A stretch of 64,000 nucleotides of DNA from Fimbriosthenelais zetlandica (GCA_977030845.1 OZ365112.1:16678001-16742000); one strand, 5' to 3'; counted from the stretch's first letter, positions 14,439 to 28,520 are shown. A program made the numbers and translations. Notes: generated by a model from the letters alone, not told the origin.

Positions 14439-17400
14439 TCCTGTATACTAGAAAATTGTTAATATCTCGATGAATACTATGAACGCTATAATATGATGAA
14501 TAGGATTGAGTCGACAATATTTATAATTGATCTGTTCACTTTAAATCCATTCATTCAGTAATAAACCTTCTCAAGATTCATTGGCCCCAATGAATGCCAT
14601 GAACCACAGTATAATGACTGTAATCATCCGGATACGGTTAATGAAGGGCATGTACTCTTGGATTGTTCTGCCTGGTTGCCTAGAGCTAATATGTGTCAAA
14701 AAGCCTCACGCATTAACCCCAATTCTTTTAGACCTATAATGTTCCTCTATTTGAAATTTTAGAACTTATCAACTCGTATAACGGCCACGGACGAGTACTA
14801 TTATATTTCAAGTTTGTGAAGCTAATCCGCTGCATTCCTTACCCTTTCATTATAACATGACGCATTATTCATATTCATGCATGTAGATCTATTTATACAT
14901 GTACGTGTACCACTTGTATTATATCTCGCCGCAGGACAGATGCACACGTGCAGATAGACCACTAATAATATGTGCATGACTGTCATGAATTTGCACTATT
15001 ATCTTAGTGTAATGGGCATGAAGATCCTCATCAATATGGAATTTATTTTAATCGAGACATACACCATATTATAGCCATATTAAGGCAGCTTGAGTTATGC
15101 ATGAACAATCGCAATTTCATTTCATTATTACCTTAATTGGTGACCAAAATTTAATATCTATTCCTGGGACAATATAACCTGTTATAAAGACATCTGCAGT
15201 GAATTTAAACACTGTTTTCTGAAACCAAACTCTGTTACAGTTACGCTATACTGTGCAAAGGAATGAGTGAACTGATGTGATAATCTTCGTAAGATTTTGA
15301 CAATTCATGATAAGACCTGGGCCGTTAGTGGAATTTTGCATGGTCCTGCTCCCCATGACGTGTGTTTGTTTTGACAGAGGTTGCCAGTAGCTGTCAAAAG
15401 TTCGATAGACCGAGAACCATGACCATGGTTAGTTAAAGCTGTCTCTTATTCATCACCAAGGTCTATATGTTTTGTTCAGTTTGTCTATTATTAATCACAC
15501 TCATGTGTTCATCTATCATCGAGTCCAGCTTGGTCTCCTGCAGTGTCCATCCTGCCATCGATTAAGTATATTGCTTGTGAAAGCCACCCCCTATAGTGTT
15601 TCCAGCTCCCAACTCGTGACACTCATATTATCTTTCATATGATATATTTCATAAAGACAAAGGAAATAAATAGGTTCATAATACTATGATGCCCATTTCG
15701 GCCTCGAAATACATATAGGAACTACGCAATCCTTTGGAGTTTTTGTGTATTGAATTGAGCCTATACCTTTTACTCAATAGCATATTTATACATATTCTGG
15801 CCAGGTACAATATCCTACAATGGCCTAATATCCTCGACAAGAAGATTTATACAGAGGCTGAGAACCTCTACAGGTCTAGCCACGTATTCAAATGTCAAGA
15901 TACTTAAGATAAGGTCTACTATTACTGCATCTTGTCATGAACAGTATTTGAGTTACATGACCAGGTACTTTGGCCTGCAGGCCACTATATGCATGTGCGA
16001 GTTCCTGTAAGGAAATTTAAATCTAAGCCATGGAATCATATATCATGCCAGTGTCACAACAGCCCACCTTTATTTCTTATATAAGTTGACTGCCACGTCG
16101 AACAGGAACACCCCATGAACTTTATCAACCCACTTCTCTCCTTGTACTAACATATGTACACATCCTTCAATGTATCGTTATTGCAGCATTCTCACAGGAG
16201 ATGACCCAATGTTGTGTCAAACCTTCCATACCATATGGTAATAGACTCAGCCCCCTTGAGGCATTATTTTTTTTAAATCCTTAGTACAAGTGTTTGTGGT
16301 AAGGATATGTCACTTCCTACGGTTTCCATCTGGGCTGTTTATGTTAGGAATTATGTAAAGCTTCTGTTTGCCACTTGATGGAGATTGTGGCAGTTGGGTG
16401 GAAGTTTCTCGGGAACCTCTATGTGGTCCGACCATAAACAGAAACGTCTTGTTTCTGCTGATATAACAGCTTCAGGGTTATTGTTACCATAGGTCACTTA
16501 GTCAGTCTCATTTGTATAAATATTCTGGAGAAGATGGGCGCAATGTGAAAATAGAGTAACAGCATTTGGGTGGTTTGGTCATGTGGTAATTCGAAATTTG
16601 AAAACAAAGAACAGTTTGTCTCACCTAGTTCGCATTTTTCCTGTTTGCCTAACGGTTAATGGGGGACTATAGGTACTTATAGGAAATAGAAATTAATTAA
16701 CATTGTCGGAATATATTAGCTCCGATTTCTGTTAAAGTTAAACGAGTGAGAATATGAAGATAATATGTATGCAGCTTATACGTTATATAGGTTTACCGGA
16801 ATAAGGAAGCGTATCAAAAAACATGTTCATCACGACACCTAATACTCTCATACAGTATTAAGTAACCAAGGGATTCAATTAACTATATCCTCATGATATA
16901 TCTTTCTAGTACAAAGGTTAAGGTAAATCGTAATTATTTTGCAAAAAAGGACAATCGATTCTTTTGTATTCTGACCATGCATGCCCCTATAAAAGACAAA
17001 GACATTCATTATTGAATTACTCCTCATGAACACTTTGTGTGAAGAAAATGTGTAACGCTAGAACAGGGTATGTCAATGGTAAATCCAGCTTCATTCTCCG
17101 CACGTTCGTAATGTGGCACTACTAATGGCTAGATGTTATCTCTTATTTCTGGCCCTAAGTATTAGACGTAAATACCCTTTGAAAGGTCTTTAATATATTC
17201 CCCTCACGCGCTTTGCCCATGTAGAGAATTCCTTAGAAGTATTGTATTTAAAAATATATGTAACTGTGAATCATACAATATGTTAGAAATTTTAAATGCC
17301 AAGACATGCATGGTTGCTTTGGTATTTGTCAGTCAACGACAGTCGTTTTCATTTAGGATCTGTTGTTTATTGAGTATATTTTTCTACAGCGTGATATACC

Positions 17401-19102
17401 CTGCTGACTAGATACAAGTTTTTCATGTGTTTTTATCGTCTCCTTTCGCTCCAGTGTGGCAGACGACCAGAAGCCTGCCTTTACTGGGGGCCGTTACAGT
17501 CAGCTGCCGCAGTTTTTGATCCAATCAAAATGTGGCTTGACTTTTGGCCCGACACCCGTCTAGGTCAGAAGGAGACACGAGTTGACTTGGCAAACGAATA
17601 ACTCATGTGTCGTCTGTTGTGAACGAAGGGAGCTATATCAATATTGCATTAAAATAAAATTGGGGTAAAAAGAAGAAAAAAGCTAAACCGTATACTGCAG
17701 GTATCAGAATTGCTAGATTATAAAGCTAGATACAGGGGGCCATTACCAGCTGGAGTCCCTGAATAACCCCAAAATCTACCTGCATAAATTCTGATATTGC
17801 CCAGTACCCATAGCTTTTTCAAAATGTCTTATCCTTACTATCCCTCATTTTATAACAAGATGGGATTGTGCACATATTAGACTGCGAATATTTTCCCATC
17901 ATTGTCACTGAATAGTCCACAGATAAAAAGACCAGCGTGAACGAGCATCGATTTTTTTTCAATTGTTTCCTGGCTATGCGTGCAGACAAGGTACAGAGAT
18001 CCTTGTCCAAGATAAATCATGTATTGTGATCTAGATACCCTCAGAAAGAGGAAGACGTTTTGCTGAAGCCTCTAAAGTAGGGATAACACTAAAATCTAAT
18101 CCAATTATTGTAGAGATTTGACAGTGTTACATGTATAATGACATCAGGATAATTCACTATCTCTACTGTATTAACATGTATTTTAGAACCGAATGCGTGG
18201 TAGGCCTGCCAACAGTATCACATTGTCTACCTTTGCGACAGCACCGCTTGTAAAAGAACAAGAATTACAGACATGTCTTGATGGCCCGGTTTCTTTAATC
18301 TTGAATGGGGATTTTTGGGTATTTCCAATACCGCACATTGTCTTCAGGGTCATACTATGAAAGGAGACAATCGAAGTCGATCTAACAGTTGGGAATATTT
18401 TGGGGGACAATTTTGTATATATGACATTAATATTCACCCCATCTCCCATACCACACATCATGTCTCCCTGCACAAATACAAGCAGGGCCACCACCCGACC
18501 ACCCCATCCCGAGCACTTAACATGATCCCTCACATCTACATGGCTTAGCGGGTATGGCACCGTATCCTGTTTCACTGCTACACACTTGGTATACACTCAG
18601 CAAATTTGCCCAAGTGATCCAGAGATCCAATAGATGTGGATGTCTTGATTTGTCTACACTGCTTTCATCACTGAAAAACAGTCCGTTTACTTATGAAGAT
18701 GACCGTGTGCACCCGTGGACGTGTGTGCCCTTCAAAAGTAAAAAGATGGAAACTGATATCACCACATAGTAAAAAGTCTTAAGAAGCCACCCACATTATA
18801 AGCACCAAGCTTTCTGTACTTGGCCTAGACTGAGTAATTCTAACCAAATCTAAACTTTCACAAATGGATATCAATTTCTTCCTAGTTTATTAGGCCTACA
18901 TCAGATTTCCAATCTATTTCCCGAATCTTTCTGTCAAATATGTCCAGGAAAACCATGAAACGTCACTATGGGCTTCATCAAAGAACCTGTAGGCCATCTC
19001 AATGATAGCAGTTTATTAACAAAGACACATACAACCTCGTTGACCAGTAATAATTTAAGCATAGAAAGAATCGGAACAGGCCAGTGTGAGTCCTTTGTAT
19101 CT

Positions 19103-19175
19103 GGTTCTGTGGTGTAGTGGTTATCACGTCTGCTTTACACGCAGAAGGTCGCGAGTTCGAGCCTCGCCAGAACCT
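19103..19175 (+). tRNA. tRNA-Val (anticodon TAC)
   Basis: GGTTCTG/CAGAACC acceptor stem, TCTGC-TT-TAC-AC-GCAGA anticodon arm, GCGAG-TTCGAGC-CTCGC T arm, T-run terminator just downstream. Position 73 is T rather than the usual A. Confidence 0.93.
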
Positions 19176-20606
19176 TGCTTTTGATTTTATTTCCCGAAAG
19201 AACAAATTATCTGTACATAACATGAGGCTTGTAATGTTACATATATGTTCTGGGTTCAAATGGTCTATAACAGAATTAATGGATGTGGTTCTTGGTTTTG
19301 CCCGACACTCTTTGTCGTCCTTACATTGATGGTGATCACGGGCCATCTCGTTCAAACGAGAACGCGCCACCGACGGCGACTTTAAAAGGAAGTGGAGACC
19401 ACCAGGGAGAGGCTACCAACTCCCGTCACGTGACCAATCAGGTCCCGACATCCCGAGCTCTGAGAGCCTGAGTGGGGAGTAGAATGGAGGCTGAGCGTCC
19501 AGCTGGGGACACAGAGGTAGACGTGGGGAGAGGGGAACAATACAGAACAGAGAAAAGCTTAATGCACTCAATAGAGTGAACTCTTTTTATGCTACCGCTG
19601 AAACGACTGATTTAAGCTGTAGTAAATATGGACCTAAGAAGCCTTTCAACTTGTGTAGGCTTCAACAAATAATACCCTAATCCCCCTTCCAAGCCCATAA
19701 TGTATTTTACAAAGTTGAGTGTAGGAGTGTCTGGGGTAAAGGGCACTTGTAGGGAAGGGTCATCATCCATAGGTTTCAAGGTGATTCTTGATCCTAATCT
19801 AAGTGCTTTATGTACAAATTCAAATGATTAGGCCTACATAAGTCTCACAACAAAGCACTCCAGAATATATTAACAAGCATGCACATCTTCCAATGACACA
19901 CAAAACAGAAGCAAACGATCTTAGCATTCCTTTCAGTGAGTTTAAGCCCACAAAAACTTGGTAAAACTCGAAAAGATGTGCTATAAATTTAGCCCAAAGT
20001 GATGGGATATTTCTGGCGTCCCATAACCCTTAAATTACTAAAATTCGGGCTATTACCTTTTCAAAAAGATGCTACACTGGTGCACAATTCCAAATAATCG
20101 TTTGGGTGCATCTGCCATGAGACACCGCCATACATCACCTTTAGGTTATGTAAGTAATGACCCAGGCATGCGTACTGTGGCTTAAACAAGGTCCTCCCAC
20201 CTCATTGTCCTATACTAAAGAAGTCATTATACCAGGACTTATTTAGGGGAGCTTGGGCATAAAGACCTGAAACTAGCAGCCCTTAACGGAGTTTTGGGAG
20301 TCTATATGTCTGACTTCTCGCTCTTGGATCCCTTTATGTCCCCCTATAACGGTTTGAATGAATGTTATTGACTTGCCATAAGTCCACATAGATAAATGTA
20401 CAAAATATGGGTTAGTGTAAGTGATATATTAGGACAGGAAGACGCACTTTATAATATAGAGGCCTACCTAACATTTCAAACATGGTATTTTATAGTGAAA
20501 TATTTCATGTAGGCACTTAAGCCTTAACCCAGATACGATTCTGTGTCAAAGCGGATGTCATTGGACAAAGTACAGGGACCGTGGCAAGGCTATGAAGTGA
20601 CTATAA

Positions 20607-20620
20607 GGGGGGGGGGGGGG
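20607..20620 (+). repeat. G14 homopolymer
   Basis: 14 consecutive G. Confidence 0.9.
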
Positions 20621-21392
20621 ACTATACATGTTTAGGAACGTCTGGGTCGTTGCGCCACCTGCCGGCTCGTGCCCCCTCCCGCCCCCATCACGCACGAGAC
20701 TCCACCAGGCAGTCTGGTCGAGATCCAACTCCACGACAGCACCCAAGGGGTCAACTGAGGGATCTATCAGAGTCCAGGATTTTAGAGAAGTCTATAATAC
20801 AGGATAATTCACGAGGGTGTATAAAAATAATGGCATTTATTGTAATATTGTTTTGGAAGTAATCAATACAAATGTACAGTAAAGCCATTAAATTTGAAAC
20901 ATAGCATAGCATGTAGAATGTAAAGAAACGTAATATTTGTTAGTGAACATAATTCCTCGGGAAATCGAGGTTATTGCCTGACAGAGAGTAATTACTGCTG
21001 TTAATCTATGCTTAGCTTATTAGAAAAACCTATACTGACACACCCATGTACTTGAAGTGTGGCCTGTTTGGGCTGGTAAGCAAGCAGCCGGAACCTCTAT
21101 AGATTTCTATTATACTTTTTTACCTGGAAGGAGACAAGTGATTAATGTCATGGGACAGAAGTTCTTAAGGCATTGCTAAGCCAAGGGCAAGGTATGGTCT
21201 AATACGGGCCCCAGCATTTTACTCCTAGAGTGGTTTTTCATAGGTCTGCATTAAATCCTGTATTGTATAACACAACAGGTTCTTATAAACTTAAGGGCTT
21301 GAGTTTGAACAATGAGGATTATTATTGCTTGCGCAATAATTAATTAAGAAGGGCTAGAAGTATCAAAATGTTAGGGGTGAAGCTTGGTTCTG

Positions 21393-21397
21393 ATTGG
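21393..21397 (-). promoter_or_regulatory. Inverted CCAAT box in probable meteorin-like proximal promoter
   Basis: tgATTGGctg about 340 nt upstream of the ATG. TSS not determinable from sequence. Confidence 0.35.
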
Positions 21398-21737
21398 CTG
21401 AGAGTGCACAGGTAGTACCACCTCCTGTACAGTGGCTCCACCTGCAACCAGTTTTCTGGACCACCACAGTGCGCACCACTAACCTCTATAGTCAAGGCAC
21501 ATTGAGCCGGGAGGACAGAATCAAAGCTACCACCGACCCGAGAGGATAAGTGAAAGAGAGTGGTGCATTTTGTGCGTGGAGTACGATTATATTTACTTCC
21601 AAATTGGACATCGATATTGGATTAAATCTAGTGTTTGACTCAATGTGATATCATTATTAAAGGGACCCTTTAGGTAGTCTACAAGGAGAAGTAGAGGGAT
21701 ATGTGAGGTACGGGAGAGGAGTAGGAGAGGTCCATGG

Positions 21738-21958
21738 ATGGTTCTGACCACACTCAGGCTACTACCCATGAGTGTGGAGGTCTTGGCCGGCCGGGGAGGA
21801 GGAGGGGTGTCCGGCCGGTCTTTGCCCTGGTCAGTGTGGATCCTATCTTTATTAGCTCTGACGTCGCTGACAAGTTCCTGTTCTGCTAAACCTTTGTTTG
21901 ATGATCATACCGAGGCAAATATAGAAGAGTCCCACGATGGCTGTGATAGAATTTTGTG
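21738..21958 (+). CDS. METRNL: Meteorin/meteorin-like secreted protein, coding exon 1 (signal peptide)
   Basis: MVLTT...SLPWSVWILSLLALTSLTSSCSA-KP...DGCDRIL + TG|gtaagt donor at 21959 (phase 2). Joins in frame to G of exon 2, giving W-STQETRGVHQLSTRCAEG. The start codon could alternatively be the in-frame ATG at 21768. The symbol denotes the family; METRN vs METRNL is not resolvable in an invertebrate. Confidence 0.85.
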
Positions 21959-24900
21959 GTAAGTTAACTTCAGTTACTTCGAACTATTTTTTTTCAGATA
22001 TTCCATGCTAATTTCCTCAAAGTCTATCGACTCTCTTTCTGTCTCTATGACTCGTTTTTCATTTCAAAAGAATAAAACTAGTAAAAGTGGGAATATACAG
22101 CACTTTACAGACTGTATCAATCAGTAGGCCTACTGCATCTCGTCAGAGCTAGCTGAGTAGGCCTATATGTATTGGCCTTGTACCATTGCTTCAATAATAC
22201 ACCTTGCTTTGCCCCAGGTAAGAAACTTGCCAAGTCCCGAGGACTTGAAGGAGGACGTGTATAACCCTGGTATACATATATTTTCCTTTCACACAATGCC
22301 GATGTTCATGAGCTGCAACTTGTCCCTGGCCTTCTGCTTGGATGATAAGGAGGCATGTAGTATTGGGAGAGCCTGGTTCCTGTTTACCTTATACAAAAGC
22401 TTCTTACTTGCATGCAAGGCTCGGTAGAATATCTGATTTTTCAACGAACCCTATATCAGGCTATAATAGCAGGGCCTCTAATATCAGCCAACCAGAACCA
22501 AACAGCTATATGATTTCACCCCATAACAACCCACACATGCACACTCCTTAAAGGCACCCGCCCAGCACACGAGTGATACATCACAAGGACTAGTTGCAAA
22601 ACTATGTAGGCCATCACCAATTTGATGGGAGTGATATCATCCTTTCATGTTCCACTGAGTAAGGTGGTACAGCTAGTTGTGTAGTGATAAAGGCAATGTT
22701 TACCCAGGGATATAGGTCTGTGGTGGACAGGTATTCACTATATAGAGAAGTGATAAAGGAAGTCCCACTGGTCAAAGGGGCGATAAAGTTTGGTTGAGAG
22801 GGATAGGGATTGTCAAGTGGAACTCGTGGATGGCGTGTGAGACACGTTGATTATGGATGTGACGCGTTTGAGAATCCTGGCTGACATGGGAGGCCAGTAT
22901 AGTTCACAAGTAACATGTTAAGCACATTGTGCAGCCTTATTAGAACTCACAGGTGTGTTAGGAAGGAACGCTTACAATGCCCTACAATCTAACAGTTGGC
23001 CACAGCTTGTGTCACATCAACGAACATGGTAACTTACTCGTTGGTCACCTTGACTCACATACCTTTCTGCACACATTTACATATCAGGCAGCTTTAATAG
23101 AACTCCTAATGTGCATTTATATTATAATAGGGATAATTGAACATGGTTTACTTACGGGTCAAGCTTGTTTGTGACTTACGTAGTCATGTTTCAAGTTTTA
23201 CCATTATAATACAGTATATGCATTGCCCAAGACTATTAAACTTAAAGTAGAACTAGACACAATAGACAGGCTATTAGACTTTCATAGTGGCTAAGGACTC
23301 CTATTCAAGATTAACACCGAGGTCTAAATGCTGCTATGTCAATGAAGCTGATGCGATGCATACAAATAATCTTATTAAAGTACTATAGAAGTATATCATT
23401 CTGAACTCGTAAACTTTTTGGAGCGCTATGGCCATATTCAGCTCATTAACATGACATCGCTTTCGACTCATTATTAGTTTTTTTGTCATATTAAATTGAT
23501 GACTGAGAAGCATGGAACGGGTCAGTGGACGTGTGTTTGTGGTTGAAGTGGATCCTATGTAACAAAGGGCATTGTCACTGTCCCACAAATGCCGCCACGC
23601 GAGCCGCGACCCGGTTGGATCCTCTTAGGATAAAAATCAACATATGATTACCAAGCGTGGAGTGGTGGTGGCTGGATGGTGGTACATGTACTAGGAGTGG
23701 TGGTAGTGGTGGGGGTAGAGAATGAACTTTTACACATCCATGGATGTCACACAGATGGGGGGAGGGGGAGCTAGGGGAGGATGAGTCATTGTTGAGTCTA
23801 TAAACCCAGGAGGGAAAAATGGACCATATGAAAAAAACTCCAAAACACTTGTAAGTCAAATCCTGGGCCCTGGATAGTCGACAATGCTGAATGCACTATA
23901 GTGGCCCACATTCATGCTGGCACACAATCATTCATCGATATTGAAATGAGAAAAATCAGCTTTCCCCTGTTCTGGCCATGCAATTATCATTGTGGCTATG
24001 GGATGTTCTACTATCAGTCCCGTGCGATGGGATGAAAAGAACCACTTTACATATCCGCCCTACTTTCTCCACCATGTGGTCGTTTATTTCAGATGTCATT
24101 TTTGAGGAATGACTAGGACCTTTATAGAGATGTATGTAGGAATATGTTTTTCACAAGATGGGACAGTTGGGTGATTGCTATTCCCCTGTTATTATGTTTT
24201 CTCTGTGTTCTATATATTTGTTGTCTGGTGGAGGGCGCTTGCTATAGCAACGACCAAGCCGGGACCAGACCCCGCACAGTACCGCCACCTACGGTGGATT
24301 GGAGCACTAACACCACTTCAGAGGATGATTAATTTTTCCAGATCTCTTATAGTTATGCTCTGTCATTAATGGTCGACTAATTAATGGTCGCATAGAATAT
24401 GGTACACGTGTGTGAGATACAAATTAGATCTGTTTGAATTGAGTGTATCAATCTAAGGAATTCAGAGCTTTTTTAACTAAAGGCCAAGCCGACTTTCTTG
24501 TGGGAATCGTACCACACTCTGTTATTATACAGTTGAAAATTTAGGTGAGAGAGGTTCAGGTTGCAAGAAAATATATACCAGTCATGCTTGATTTATGGGA
24601 ATGTAGTAATAAACATGGCGTTTCCAGCAATAAATGTATGTGCCTCGAATTCTGTGAAGGATTCAGCCATTTATTCAAGTCGTGAGAGAGGTGATCGTTC
24701 GCCATTTGTCTCATTCAGCATTGACAACTAAGACTAGTGGCGCCACTGGCGGGATTCACTTGACCCTCGGCCGCAATTAGCACTTGTGCAAATGGATTGG
24801 CGCCTCTCAGTCGAGATCGACTTTTAGTCGTTTCTCCTACTATAGTATCGGACTGTGTTTGGGTGGTGGAAGTGAAATGTTGTAGGGGAATGAGCGTTAC

Positions 24901-27900
24901 CATTGCCACCCTTCGGACAGATAAGACTACAGTGGCGTGGAAGAAACAATAGAACAAAGTTAAGAGTTAGGCGATTCCTATGGTCTGGACAGTGTTCAAG
25001 AAAGACTTAACATGCATGTTTTATATCCCAGGTAGTCAGATAATGCAGCAGCCTGAAAAATTCTTTTAGAATGTTCAACTCCCTTTAGATTATATAATGC
25101 TATAAAACTGCCCCCAAATGTAAGCTATTATTACTCATATTAAGTAATGACTTACACATTTTAGATGATTCCTCTTATACGTTATTTTTATGCCTGCATA
25201 ACCAGCATGCATGTTGAGTGTTGTATGTGGCGTATGTGGGGTGAGGGCAGACGGTGGGTGGTGATGAGGGAGGGTGACAAGGCACTGCCACTGGAGGAGG
25301 GTCGTGGGAATGGAGGCCGGCGTACGCCAGGCAAGTTGATGACAGGTCACACTCCTTTTGCTCCTCCAGTACCCCTAACACCAGACACTGAAAAAGCCAG
25401 GAAAGTTCTACATATTGGCGATGGGTTATGTAGACAACATATAGGAACAGTACAAGCATATGGTGGCACCATGCACCTTAAAGTAACCCGAAGCTGCAAC
25501 CTGGGAGTAGGTCACTATGCAGCGAAAGAGGAACCTTTCTCTAGTACATGCAGTTCACGAATGTTTGCAATGGTTACCAAACTGGGAGTCCTTATCACAG
25601 CTGTTTCTTGTGGTCACAACACCCCCATTTATGTTTGAATAATTAATATGCCTAATGTTATTTTAATTTAAATCTAGCCTTTCCTTTTCTGCTCAAAGAA
25701 GATGAGTGTCTTATGTATTATCTTATCACTTAGATTTTTTATACCGAACTCCTTAACCCGGGCTTCTTGGTATACATCATGTCAAGAGTGATTGAAATGA
25801 TGCGCCTCAGTATTTTTAGTTGATGTTGCCGTACACAAGTCACCAAAGATGGTGGTCTTTTCCCACCACTCTTATCAAGTCAGATCCTCAAACTCAAAGT
25901 AATAAAGCGTCCCTGGTCATAATGTGGGTCAAAAATATAGATTATACTATCTCTTTATACATATATCTACTGCGCATAACCAAATACATAATTATAGTCA
26001 GTAAAGTCCCTTTCATTTCAAAATACTTAAAGTAATTTAATGGAAAATCAATTGCTGAATTAAAGTCATTTTTAGTTGGTGTATTTCACATTCATTGGAT
26101 CATTCATTGTTATAAATCTAAATGGGGACAAGGGATAGTGTACGGTACTTGGTGAAATATAGTTAATTATGTATATCAATTTTATCACTTGGATAACAGA
26201 GATATGAATCGTGTGACTGTTCTCTTTCCCATCCTCATATATATTGGATCGGTGAAGCAGGACGAGGTCCTTGAGAGAGTGAATTTGAAGAGGCAGTATA
26301 TCTACTCTTTACTGAACCACTCAGCAGAGATATGAATACATCTTCCCACACTAAGTACACCTTCCATCCGGGGATCCACAATTAACCTGTCATTATCTGA
26401 GATTTATTTCCCTGTCAATCCTCCTTTGAAGGAAAATAGTGGAGCCATATATCTGCTGGCATCTTACAATATAGTACCTAAAATAATATTCATGATTATA
26501 CCAAGGTATAATATTCCCATGACAATAAATAAGTCATGACAAACAATTTAATCTCTCATGTAATATGTGACTATTAGCTATGCCCCTACCTTTAAATCAT
26601 CTCTGATTCAGATTGTGGATGCTGATATACGGTTAAATTAAACTCATCCACAGGCTAAGTCAATTAATTGATTACTTCATTCTGATATTCAATGAAATTT
26701 TATAGACTAAGTCTAGTGCTGTACTTTTGTGTACTTGGGTCAGTTGTGAAAGAGGTCAGAAGGTTTCCCTTATATTGGAGATGGGTAACGACAGTTCAAT
26801 ACTAGCCCGTCCCAGGGGAGGACGCCCTCCACCCTCCAACACACCCAGTCTAAATATTACAGGAGCCCACGGGGGCCTCGCGGGCCTGTAAGGATAAGGC
26901 CACACCCCTGTCCCTGCCCACCTGGTGTTAATGGTCGGATAATTAAAATGGACCTCATCACCAAACTGTCAAGTTGACGGCGAGATCTGAGGTACCTTCG
27001 AGAACCGATAATTAACCTTGTCATTTACGGAGATTAATTTCGGTAAATCCCTTTGCGGATTCACTTTCAAGTCCAACTGATTAACTCCTACCACTTTCAA
27101 TTAATGACTTCGGTTTTAACAGCGAAATTAATGTCTCTACCAGGGAACAAATTGATTAATGAAGTCGGAAACCCGCCCAGCTCTTCTCAATAAGTCATTG
27201 TACTTTTATTTAAACTTCTGACTGAAGTTCTGAACAGTGTTTATGTTATTCACAACCGATATTGTACCGGGGCTAAATAGGAAGGGCGGATATGGATTGG
27301 AACAGATCATATGTCATGGAATGTAAGCACATACGGTGCCTGTTCCCAAAATGATATGAGGATTAATATTACAATTATTCCAACCGACGTCTGCCCTATC
27401 TAGCTCCGGATGTTGATTATTTATTTCGTAAACCCTTTGCAGTGGAAGGGGCAATTTTAAGGTTTGATGAGATGCATTTTATACTTCTTAAAGTTCTTTG
27501 CCATAGACTTTGTCATACCAGATATAGCACCGGGAATCTACTCCAGCCTAAAAATAAAGAAACGTTGGAAAGTAAAAGTTCGAATGATGTCAATCCATTG
27601 TGATGACATGGGCCTGGATACAGGTGTCAAAACATTCCCAGAAATCAGGATCTAGATGTCTGGTCACATTGGAATTCCCAACAAAGTAGGCCTTCCTATA
27701 AACTCGGTGATAATGATCAAGAGTTGGATGCCATTGACCTGACGTGGAACGTCGTCACGTTATATGCTGCACGTGGATGGGCAGTAACCACAGTAACCAT
27801 AGTAACTATAGTCATGGAACGCCCAGTTGGTCAACCACATGTTTGATATTTGGCTCGTGGTATAGGACGTTTTTGTGTTCAATGTATGAAGAGTTGGCTG

Positions 27901-28506
27901 ATGGTGAAAGTGGCATTTGTAACTATGTTGTGCTGACCATGTTTTCCGGGAACAGGATGGGAAAGTCTCACTGATGGTATGGCATATGACGTTATGATGC
28001 TATTTTCAATACCAGTAAATTGCAAATAGAGTATTATAATTGGATCTCACCTTTGTATTGAACCATTGATTCTTACATTTAGTATTTAAAAAATGTTATA
28101 TATATATTCCAAAATTCTTGATGGCCTTGGCTATGTGACCCCCTAACCAGGGGACATTTTGCCCACGCCCGTCAGTGCCAATTCAAATATGTCGAAACTC
28201 CAACGAGACGTGTCACATCGGGCTTATTGCTTTAATAAACTGACCCTTAAATCATGCTGGCCAAGGACAAATGTCAAAGTCGATCGTGGAGAGGGGTTGT
28301 ATATGGCAAGTGAGAAGTGATAGGAGTGTGTTGATATGATACATGGTGTTCTAATTCAAACTGACAGGTGTGTGCATATGTAATGACGTACCACACAGTG
28401 GGGTGCCCCACCCTGTAAACCCCCACCCTCTATATAACACCCCATACCAATAACCCCCTCCTGTCTTATGGCTATGAAGGAATGTCTCCATGCCTTTCTC
28501 CAGGGT

Positions 28507-28520
28507 GTTGCCATGGCAAC
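28507..28520. promoter_or_regulatory. Perfect palindromic RFX X-box (GTTGCCATGGCAAC) in meteorin intron 1
   Basis: Exact match to the canonical X-box. A second match, GTTACC-A-GGCAAC, lies at 28606-28618. Confidence 0.65.

Noticed and set aside
18183-18596. 137-aa - strand ORF
   Set aside because: No family resemblance. Crosses a G/C-run low-complexity patch.
18999-19370. 123-aa - strand ORF
   Set aside because: Runs antisense through tRNA-Val. No domain recognised and composition looks random.
25165-25638. 157-aa + strand ORF in meteorin intron 1
   Set aside because: No recognisable motif, partly built from G-rich low-complexity sequence, and no convincing splice sites in phase with meteorin.
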